From the IMG/VR virus record IMGVR_UViG_3300035228_001376, positions 1 through 27,506 of that record: 27,506 bases of DNA, one strand, 5' to 3'. The notes under the pieces are model-generated. The model was not told the origin of the DNA. It did no database searches and was given only the letters and a program-made list of their open reading frames with translations. The translations under genes were made by a program, and so were the position numbers. Position 1 is the first letter of the stretch, and the number at the start of each line of letters is the position of its first letter. Positions 6,306 through 15,700 of this stretch are shown here, one piece after another. This DNA is from a virus. Its lineage: Duplodnaviria; Caudoviricetes.

Positions 6306-7283
6306 CTAATTACCATCAAATCCAAAATCATCACCAGCTTCAACTGATGAATTGTCTGCAGCAGTGATTACAAGAACACCTGCACCTTCAACATGTTCAG
6401 CAGAACTAGTTCTATACATTCCGCGCTTAACTGTTAATTCTCCACTACTCTTACTCATAACATACATGGTCTCATCATCAATAGTAATATATGATTTTAC
6501 GGGAATATTTTGATCATCATTAACCTTTAACAAAGAACCCTCAGAACTAAGGTCTTCTGCAATATTTGTGATAACATTACCATTGTATGCTTTTGTTGCT
6601 CTTGGTGTTGTATATGTGATAGATCTTGTTGCTTCTGGACTTGGAGTTCCAGCACCCAAACCAACAGATACTCTGGTAATAATATCCTTGCTGCTGGATG
6701 GAACTGGACCAAACAAGAATGTTTTTGCAGTAAACTTTAAGGTGTATAATAAAACTCTTCTAGAAGTATAATCACCTTCATAATTATCTTGGAATGATAC
6801 ACTCTCTAATGTAATCGGAATATCCCTAGATTCCCCAATAGATTCAATCAAGTCAATTGTTAGATTAAAATTTGGTTGAAAATATGGTAATATTTGCTCA
6901 ACAATTTGAAGAGCATCATCATTTAACAGTGTCATAACATTCAACTCAAATTCCATATTATATGGAACAGGAAAGAACATTTTTTTAATATCTTTCTTAT
7001 CTACTCTAGGTGCTACAGCATATGCTTGAGTAGTTGCTAACTTACGTCCATTGTCATAAGATACTCCAGTAAACTCAAACGACATTCTGGGTAGACTGAT
7101 TTGAATTGGTTTATTCAGATCAGGTTGTTGTTCAATTCTTGCCAAAAACTTTTGGGTCGGTCCATATGCAAGGGGAACCTTAATAATCTCATTACCATCC
7201 CTATTTATTTCTATACCATTAAACAGAGTTCCAAAAGCAATCACCGTCTTCCTAAAAATTTGATGATAAAAATGATCAAACAT
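6306..7283 (-). CDS. gp15: Tail sheath stabilizer / tail terminator gp15
   Basis: HFYHQIFRKTVIAFGTLFN, KVPLAYGPTQKFLAR, LPRMSFE, PVPYN, QIVEQILPYFQP motifs; AGGAG SD upstream; order gp13-gp14-gp15-gp16. Confidence 0.96.
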   Translation of the reverse strand: MFDHFYHQIFRKTVIAFGTLFNGIEINRDGNEIIKVPLAYGPTQKFLARIEQQPDLNKPIQISLPRMSFEFTGVSYDNGRKLATTQAYAVAPRVDKKDIKKMFFPVPYNMEFELNVMTLLNDDALQIVEQILPYFQPNFNLTIDLIESIGESRDIPITLESVSFQDNYEGDYTSRRVLLYTLKFTAKTFLFGPVPSSSKDIITRVSVGLGAGTPSPEATRSITYTTPRATKAYNGNVITNIAEDLSSEGSLLKVNDDQNIPVKSYITIDDETMYVMSKSSGELTVKRGMYRTSSAEHVEGAGVLVITAADNSSVEAGDDFGFDGN

Positions 7284-7293
7284 GGTCTATCTC

Positions 7294-8694
7294 CTACGGG
7301 CTGCCAAATGGATTACTTTCACTAAAGTCAAGAATAGAATCTGCTTCCAGTTCAATGGTATTGTTCTGTGCGTAACCATTTTCTGGAATGTTAAACTTAT
7401 TTAGGTCGATATTTGCGTAAGCAGCACCACTCGCTTGACCAACTATTGCTTCACCAGTATTAAAGGTTCCTACAATATCTTTTAATTTGAGAATTTTAGT
7501 TACCGAATTCCAGGAGTTAACTCGTGCAGTTGCACTACTTGCTGCACCAACAACATCCTCATTAGTTAGATATGTACCATAACCAACAGTATTTTTAGGT
7601 CCATCGATTCTAATCTCAGGAACTGCGTCAAAGTATCCACCAGCATCTTCAATTATAAGTTCACTAATTGTTCCAAGACCAGATAGTCTTGCAGTGATTT
7701 TTGCATCGATTGTTGTACTTGCAATGCCAGGTGCAACAACAGTAACATTTGGAATACCAATATACCCACTACCACCACTTGTTATCGTTACAATACCGAT
7801 AGCAGCATCAGATATTTGAGCAATTGCATAAGTACCAGATCCTTCCCCACCATGGAAAGTAACTCTTGGAGATGTAGTATATCCAAATCCAGGATTGGCA
7901 AGAGTAACTTGTTGTACCCTAAGGTTGTCTGGACTTGTATCACATAGATCAATAATTCCACCAATCATTGATGCAATACCTACCGCAGTTTTACCTGATG
8001 TTGGAGCAGAACTAATTGCAACTCTAGGTATACTTGTGTAACCAGATCCTCTTCTACTTACAATAATTCTTCTTACAGCACCATCATTTAGTGTTGTAAT
8101 TGCAGTCGCTGTAGATCCAACTCCAACCATATTGAAGGTTTGAATGTAACCAGCATCTTGAGTATTGTCATCAATTTCAGAGATACCAGTATCAATCTCT
8201 TCGTCATTGTAAGCAAAGAGTTCTAATCTAAGTTCATAAACATAATTTTTCTGTAACTGCCAGAATGGTTTCTCATGTTCAACATATTTTATTTCAAATA
8301 ATCTATCCCCAAGAGGGAAGTATATAAGATCTCCTTCTTTTGGTCTTGATGTAAGTTTTGTTTTATCTATTATTGCTGCCTGTTGCTGTACAACAGACTC
8401 ATACCTCTCTTTTGATACAATTATTGTTAAATCATCAACTTCCTGTACACCAAACTTAGACAGCAAAGTTCCAGCACCACTAAATCCATCATATGTGTCA
8501 ACATATGCTTCCAGAGGAATTGCTGCAGTAAACTCAGACCTAGACACTTCCTCCATCACAGTTTTTTCATTCTGGAAGATTCTGGGAAGATAATAAACTT
8601 CCACTCCGAACATTTTAAGTTGTTCGTTTACTAGATCTTGGACTAAATTTTGTTCTCCAGAAGAACCGTGGAGAAAGAATGGATTTAACGCCAT
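7294..8694 (-). CDS. gp14: Neck protein gp14 (head closure) with C-terminal repeat extension
   Basis: MALNPFF...EQNLVQDLVNEQLKMFGVEVYYLPR, LSKFG, RPKEGDLIYFP, LFEIKYVEHEKPFWQL, terminal DFSESNPFG. Confidence 0.96.
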   Translation of the reverse strand: MALNPFFLHGSSGEQNLVQDLVNEQLKMFGVEVYYLPRIFQNEKTVMEEVSRSEFTAAIPLEAYVDTYDGFSGAGTLLSKFGVQEVDDLTIIVSKERYESVVQQQAAIIDKTKLTSRPKEGDLIYFPLGDRLFEIKYVEHEKPFWQLQKNYVYELRLELFAYNDEEIDTGISEIDDNTQDAGYIQTFNMVGVGSTATAITTLNDGAVRRIIVSRRGSGYTSIPRVAISSAPTSGKTAVGIASMIGGIIDLCDTSPDNLRVQQVTLANPGFGYTTSPRVTFHGGEGSGTYAIAQISDAAIGIVTITSGGSGYIGIPNVTVVAPGIASTTIDAKITARLSGLGTISELIIEDAGGYFDAVPEIRIDGPKNTVGYGTYLTNEDVVGAASSATARVNSWNSVTKILKLKDIVGTFNTGEAIVGQASGAAYANIDLNKFNIPENGYAQNNTIELEADSILDFSESNPFGSP

Positions 8695-8698
8695 ATTG

Positions 8699-9538
8699 CT
8701 ATCCGATCATGTCTAATGGTGGGAGTTCGTATGTGGAGGACATCTTATCCATTAATGCGGTTAATTCGGTTACGCCATCATCATATATTTGTCTTCCATT
8801 TAACTCTGTTCCACCAGGGAGTTTTACTCCTTGGAATTTTATTAAATTTTGTCCCCATTGCTTCTTCAAAGCAGCGGTTACATATTTCTTAAGGAAAGAA
8901 TCATTCCATACTCCAGTAGAGTCGTCTGGATCAAGAAGTCTGTAGCAATCAATGACCAAGATATTTCCAACATCTACGGCGGACCAGTCCATATCTACAT
9001 ATAGTCGGTCTTGTCTTTGATTAAATCTTATTTGTTTTTGTGTTGTTAATAAAAAATCAATATCAGATAATTGTCTCTTAACCATGGAATATGTTAAGAG
9101 TTCAAGTGAACTAAAATGATAAAGATCATTTAAGAATAACTGATACTTTATATTAAACATTCCAGCGGAGATACTACTAGATCCCTCCATTTGGAATACT
9201 TTAGTGATACCAATAATTTGAGGTGGAACAGGTATAAAGTTCTCAGTTTCATAGAAGTCGAACGTAGTTGGTGTTCCGCCAATTTTTGCCGTTACTTGAG
9301 TTGATGCAATACCAACTCCACCTACTTGTGCTCTTGCTCTATCAATGTCTGCTTGAGTTATTACATATTTTAAAAATGTTTGGACTACACCATCAAAATG
9401 ACGCTCATGGAAAAACTGTAAAGAATCATCGATGATATCATCGACTTGCTCCTCAGCAACATTGATCTCCAGCACAGGAGCACCTAGTTGCCTCTTTGCG
9501 TAGTCAATCAGTCCTTGTCTGCTTGCTGGAGTTGCCAT
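8699..9538 (-). CDS. gp13: Neck protein gp13 (head-tail adaptor)
   Basis: LIDYAKRQLGAPVLEINV, HFDG, KKQWGQNLIKFQGVKLPGG, C-terminal ELPPLDMIG. Confidence 0.96.
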   Translation of the reverse strand: MATPASRQGLIDYAKRQLGAPVLEINVAEEQVDDIIDDSLQFFHERHFDGVVQTFLKYVITQADIDRARAQVGGVGIASTQVTAKIGGTPTTFDFYETENFIPVPPQIIGITKVFQMEGSSSISAGMFNIKYQLFLNDLYHFSSLELLTYSMVKRQLSDIDFLLTTQKQIRFNQRQDRLYVDMDWSAVDVGNILVIDCYRLLDPDDSTGVWNDSFLKKYVTAALKKQWGQNLIKFQGVKLPGGTELNGRQIYDDGVTELTALMDKMSSTYELPPLDMIG

Positions 9539-9539
9539 C

Positions 9540-9752
9540 TTACTTGTCCTTGTTTATTAACTGAATAAGAAGATCCTTGATTTCACTAACATCATTTTCT
9601 AATTTGTCAAGTCTTTCTTTTTCTTTACCCTTTGCCACTTTAAGATTTTTATATGTGTCATAGCCACTCTTGTCTCGATTCACAATCGCATTTGTTTGTG
9701 AATCTCTGACAAGAAAGCTATGACCTTCAACTTTAAGATACCTATTGTCCAT
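9540..9752 (-). CDS. Small conserved hypothetical protein with C-terminal coiled coil (70 aa; start revised from 9767)
   Basis: MDNRYLKVEGHSFLVRDSQTNAIVN...LENDVSEIKDLLIQL. The ATG at 9752 is 1 nt after the upstream stop. I recall similar ORFs just before gp13 in cyanomyoviruses. Confidence 0.8.
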   Translation of the reverse strand: MDNRYLKVEGHSFLVRDSQTNAIVNRDKSGYDTYKNLKVAKGKEKERLDKLENDVSEIKDLLIQLINKDK

Positions 9753-9753
9753 A

Positions 9754-12700
9754 TTATGCAAGTGCAATAACTCTAAGGTCTCTGATTCTTGGCGGGTACG
9801 CCTGGTTTGTTGAGGTTCCCACGAGTTTAATGGTAAAGTATTTAAACTCTGGCAGAGTATCTATACTGAACTCAAAATCTTTGTAGATTAGGTTATCACT
9901 GTCAGATGCCAAAACATCTGTTTTGGAAACTTTTTTGTTTGGTAAACCATTACTCTCTGCAAAGTCTAGAATTTTACCATTTACATCCAAGTTGGTATAA
10001 CCAGGGAATGGGTAGTAAAGTGGTTCTATTTCTGGAGAATTACTAATAGAATAGAACGCTCTGATGTCATTGTAAGTATTGACATATCCTGCAAGAAGCA
10101 CCTTAATAGATGTTGCGGGATTTTCTAGTTCTACTGGTTTGTTTGCATAGATGAATGCGGTTGGATCCTCATTAAGACTTGCGGTCCTTGGGTCATTTTT
10201 ATAATCTGTAATTGGAGCATTTACTCTATTAGAGATCATAACCATACCAACTCGATCAAGGTCAATAACTGGAGATACATTACTATTTGCGGTAGACAAT
10301 GTAAATGTCAGTTCCATAGATTTATTACCAGGAAGACTATTGAGTTGTGCAAGCTCATTGACTCTAGAAGCAACCATTCTAGGTTCTGGAAGATAAGTGT
10401 CCTCATCGAGATTGATATTTGTCTTCTCAGTCTCAATGAATGAGATCTCATTACCATCCACACTAGTTGCTGAAATACCCTTCAGTTCTGCCGATATGGT
10501 TGTTCCTGGAAGAGTCATAGTTTGAACAATTGGTCTAACTGCTTCATACTGAATATTCTGTGTAGCGTAGATAAACTCTCCACCACTAGATTTAGCAGAA
10601 TTAATATAGAGTTTATTAAGACCAGATCCAGAACTTCTATCAACACCGTTAATTGCAGTATTGACTCTAATGTAATAAGAATCGAGAGTAATTGATCGGT
10701 TAACAAGAGCATCTTGCAGAGCGTGATCAGTATTGATCCTTCTCAGAGAGATACCATTGTTCTCATACTTCTGAATAGAAGTTTTTAATGGATATGTAAA
10801 GGTTCTTGTGTTATCAATACCTCTAGTAATTCCAATTAACTGACCTGCAGCGACACCAGTGTACGAGATGATCTCGTCATCAAGAAGTACATAACCTGGA
10901 TTAGTAGATGCAACAGATACATTCTCAAAAGTATTGTAACCAAGGGTACTTGCAACACTGATTGGTCCTGAATCTGAGTTTGTATACTCTGCGGTAAGAT
11001 TGGTTGCTTTAATATCACCCTTAACACCAGCAATTCTTACCGTGTTAAGTGTGGAATGCATACCATGGTTTTTATGATTAACCTTGATATGTAGACCATC
11101 TTCCGCAAGAGTTGCAAGTTCAAAATCAAGAATTCGCGTATTACCACCAGAAACCGAAGTCAGAGTTGTAATCCCTGCAGCACTTATAAATTGTAAGGGT
11201 TTAGCGCCGTTGAGTTCAAATTCGCCCTGGATATTATCAATGATTAATTCATTGATACCAGTTACATTTCCAAGAGATAGTTGAAGATTTCTTCCTAACT
11301 GATCATTGCCGAAGTTGCCAACGGTAAATACATCACCGACTTGATAACCAGAACCACCAGTATTAATTGTTGCTCCAATAGCAATACCGTTAGTAGATCC
11401 TTGAGCACCAATTGTAATATCAGCAGTGGCATTTCTGCCATTACCACTAAATGTTACGAGTGGCACATTTGCAAAGGTAAACTGAGTCCCATTAGATGGA
11501 GTATATCCAATACCTGCGTTGATAATTGTCAGATCTCCTGTTGCAGATCCACCAGCACCAACATAGTCACCACTTACATTAGCGTTCTCTTGAATAATAG
11601 TATTACCAATAACCAAACTAGAGGTATCGATAATATCCTGACCCGTAAGAATTACTCTCTTTGACTCAAATTCAAACGCATCTTTGACGAGGTTTGCAAT
11701 CTGACTATTACCCTTATCAAGTTCTGGGTTAAAGAATGATATGGTAGCACTCTCATCAAAACCTGCAGTATAAAGACTAAACTTGAGATCCTCATATTGA
11801 GAAGCATTCCAAGTAGAACCATTCTGAGACTTGAACAAGGAACCTAGGTGTGGTTGTGCGGACACAAGAACCTGTCTAGATTCTGCTTGAAGCAGAGTAC
11901 TAATGTCAACCTCACCCATTCTGGAAATCCAGACGGTATATTCGTTAGACTGTGACAGAAGAACAACGCAGTGTTCTGTTCCACCATTCAAGTAAACTGG
12001 TGCAGGGAACAATACCGTTGTAGGAACCGTTGCATCAAAAGACTCTTCAATTTGATCAGATTCGAGAATTACTTCTCCAAACGGATAAATTTCATTTGAT
12101 GGATATCCATTAACCATTGGTCTCAGTTGTACTGTGACAGATAAAAGTGGATCCTTCGTTCTGAAGAATACTTCAATTTCTGTTACAAATGCACCTGGAT
12201 CATCCACAATCGTAAATGATTGTGCCAAGGGATCTTTACCTCTTCTGGGCGGTCTTGGGGGACGTGGCGGACGAGGTGGTCTCGGAGGACGTGGCGGTCT
12301 TGGAGGTCTTGGAGGGGGCGCTGGACGCGGACGTGGCGCTGGCCTAGGTCGCACCGATGGACGCGGTGGTGCCGAAGGTCTTGGCCTTGGTGGTGGTGGT
12401 GGTGGCGGTGGTGGTGGCGGTGGCGGCGGTAAGACCCTAACGCTAGTACTAGTACTATTAGTAATTGCAGTGGTTACCTGTACATCAGTTGCTGGTCTAG
12501 CTTCAGCTGTTGCTCTTCTTTCAAATCTTGGTTTTCTTGTAGATCTAATAGTTTCTTGAACATTATTGAGAGTACCTGAAGCAAAGTACGCTTCTTCTCC
12601 GCTAGTATCTGTAAGACCACCGATAGTGCTATTTACAGAACTACTTGTAAGTCTAAAGACTTTTGTACCAACCTCAAAGGTTGGGTTTGTTGGATTATTT

Positions 12701-15700
12701 GGATTAGGAATAAAGAATGTTCCAATAACAGTTCCAATTCTGTCAGTAACTAACTTAACATCGGTAACTTCTGCTTCACCAGTAGCACCTCTGAGGCGCA
12801 TACCCGTTCTTATCCAACCAAAATAACGTGATTGATTACTTTCTGAGAGAGTTCTGGTATCTACGTTAAGAATAACTGAAGAACTAGAATAATTCTGAGG
12901 AATCGTATAGTTCTCGTCATATGGACTTAAGGCATAGGTATCAGTAGGTTGATTAATTGGACCATACTTGTGGTTAGACTGAGCAACTCGGAATGAAATT
13001 GTAGGAGATGCCCCAATAACAGTGGGAGTTGCACTAGTTGACATAGAACCAGTTACAGTTTCACCAACAGTGAAAGTTCCACTGATCATTCTAATTTCAA
13101 CTAGTTTTGGAACAACAAATCCATTTACATTAACACCATCAAAGAATCCATAAACTCTAGTTCTTGGTTTGAACTTTCTACCAGTAAATTCAACATTACG
13201 TGATCTCATAAATGCGACCACATCCGAACTTACAACCCTATCACCTTCATTGATGGTCTCAGTTTGTTCAGAAACTCTAAGTCTCTCTCCAGCTCTATTC
13301 TCAGTACCAGTCCTAGTGGTTGTTGTTACTGCAGTAGTTCTTAACTGATTAGTTGTAGTGATCGTTCTACCACTCTGTACTGAACTACTTCCAGTTGTAA
13401 CTGTGCTCCTTGCTACGGTAGCAGAAGATCCAGTCCAGGTTGCTGCCCAAGCACCCCAACGTACAGGTCCTAAACCAGTTTGTGCATCATAACCTGCAAA
13501 CTCAAGTTGAAGTCTTGATTGAGTATAATCATCAACATTGATTCTCTGTGGTGCCAATCTCACTTGGTCAATCCAGATATCAGACGTTGGGAAGAGTTCA
13601 ATATTACCCGAGTAAGTTGTAACCAGATATGGAGTTACGTTTTCAACTCTAGTAGCAAATGGATTTTGAATCTCAAGACCATCAACATAGTTGATAGTGA
13701 TTACCTGACCAGTTCTTCTAAAGTTAGAACCTACAATGTCAGTTACAAATGCAGGACTTACGTTTGGATTTGCAGTAGTTCCAATACCAATCAAAGATCT
13801 AGAACCAACTAACATATCAACTTCAGTTGTGAAGTGTGATGGTCTTAGTTCAGTATTAAGTGGGTCGATAGAATTTGTAATGTTACCTGATTTGAGTTGA
13901 TTCTGAGTACTTGTAAAGTTGTCAACAAAAATACCAGATTTAAATCTAGTCAGACCACTGTCATCGGGGATAATTAATGCTTCAGTCTTTGCTTCAAGCA
14001 GAGACAATGCAGTATAGTACTCAAGATTCTTAATTCGATCTTCCAGAATTGCAATATCTTGCATTCTGTATCTCTTATGTGACTTCAGAGAAATGCTAAC
14101 ATTTTCAGCATTGCATAAGTATGGTGGAAGATTGATAGTAGCAACTTCTAGAGCATTGTCTATTGGAAGAGGTGGAAGTGGAGATTCGCTAGGAACACCC
14201 TTCAATAATTGGAATCCGCCGTCTGGATTAAAGTAAATTTTATCAATTCTTGGTAGATAGTGCCCATAAGTAATTAAAATAGACTCATCAGATGCAAGAA
14301 TATTCTTAGCAGAGTTTGTCCCATCTTCAAAAGTGCGGGAATTGAATTCAAATGGAGATGTTGTAGTAGAATTTGGATTAAATTGTCTTACTCTTGGTCT
14401 AATATCAAGAACATCAGATAATCTTGTATTATCCCTAAGGAGAGGAAGGTCACAATAATCAAATTGATCGTAAGAAGATATCGTTGTCAGATCACCTTCA
14501 GTCGAGTCACTATACTCTGCAGACTCAAATATAACTCTTAACTGCCTTCTAGGTGCTTTAGAAGATGGTTTTCTTATCAGTCTTGAGTAGTCAACAATAG
14601 TCTCCCTATGACCAGAGTCTAATGTATATCTACTAAGAATATTTTCATCACCTAGATCAAAATCATTAATTGTTCCAGTAATACCAGTAGTCTCTGTAAG
14701 AATAGATTCTCCAATCTCAAAACGAAGATCATTGAGATATACTAGACCTGCAATAGAAGAGGTTGGTTTTTCAATGAACAGACCAATGGCACCACTAGTT
14801 TGTCCAACGATTTCTTCACCAATAATAAAGTCGTCAGTTTTTCCTGTAGGACCATTAAGATTGAATAACGTAATATTAGGTATATTTGGTTGCCCGTTGT
14901 CATCTGCTTCAAATACGGCATAGACTTTAATTACGTCTGGTTCAAGAAGACAAACATCTTTATCTTGAACTCTAAGACCATAACCATATGAACCATAGGT
15001 AAGACCGTCGTTCAAAGTGGTTGATCCAATACCCGATGAAGATAATTTGGATTTATTGACAATGATTGAATTTGTTTTAATCGAATTTTTGACTTTATTA
15101 GTTACATTAGTCTTCTTGAGGGTTGCAATTAAGCGTCCAGAACCAGTAACATCAAGACCAAAAATTCTTAACTCTCTTCCACCATTTGTATATCTAAATT
15201 TATCCGCAGTTAATTCTTCAAATCCACCTTGACTATTAATGAGTACATAACGCTCTTCATCATATGCGAGGAATGTCTCATTATCTCCTGCTTGAATGGT
15301 ATTAGTTGCATTTGCAGTAATAGTGACATTAAACTCTTTCTTGATAGAAATAGTCGATTTAGTAAGATCTACTGAAGAGACAAACTCTTTTGGCAAAGGA
15401 GTGTATAGAGTATTGTCTGTTGATGATTGGAATCTTGTTCCGATAATCTGAAAGTCTGCGGGATTAATGCTTGAGGTTGGCAGACCGCCGTCATTAATAA
15501 GCGATACTGTAGTAATGCCAGAAATAATAATATTATTAGGGTCAGTAACACTGTCAACTTTCGCATAAGTTTTAATTGAGGTACTTCCAAGTAAATTATT
15601 TGTAAACGATACCAGATCTCCAGATTTAATGAGATTCGTAAATACTTGGTCTGAAGACGTTACTGTGGATATTCCTGGAGCGGATCCAGACTTCGGGGAA

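Noticed and set aside
6305-6343. ORF-track start for gp16 at 6343 (likewise 9767 for the small ORF and 27337 for gp7)
   Set aside because: The first two extensions overlap the upstream gene, and better ATGs lie 1 nt after the upstream stops. For gp7 the frame is open to the window edge, so 27337 is an internal Met.
7202-7404. AATAAATA at 7209-7202 and CTAAATA at 7404-7398 as late promoters
   Set aside because: Both are inside coding sequence. The first is about 900 nt from the next start, and such words arise by chance in AT-rich DNA. They cannot be supported without TSS data.
12134-12559. Gly/Arg-rich (RGG-like) antisense ORF and possible G-quadruplex on the plus strand
   Set aside because: This is the direct reverse-complement consequence of the Pro/Arg tract. 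I saw no plus-strand expression signals, and the G-runs are mostly GG.
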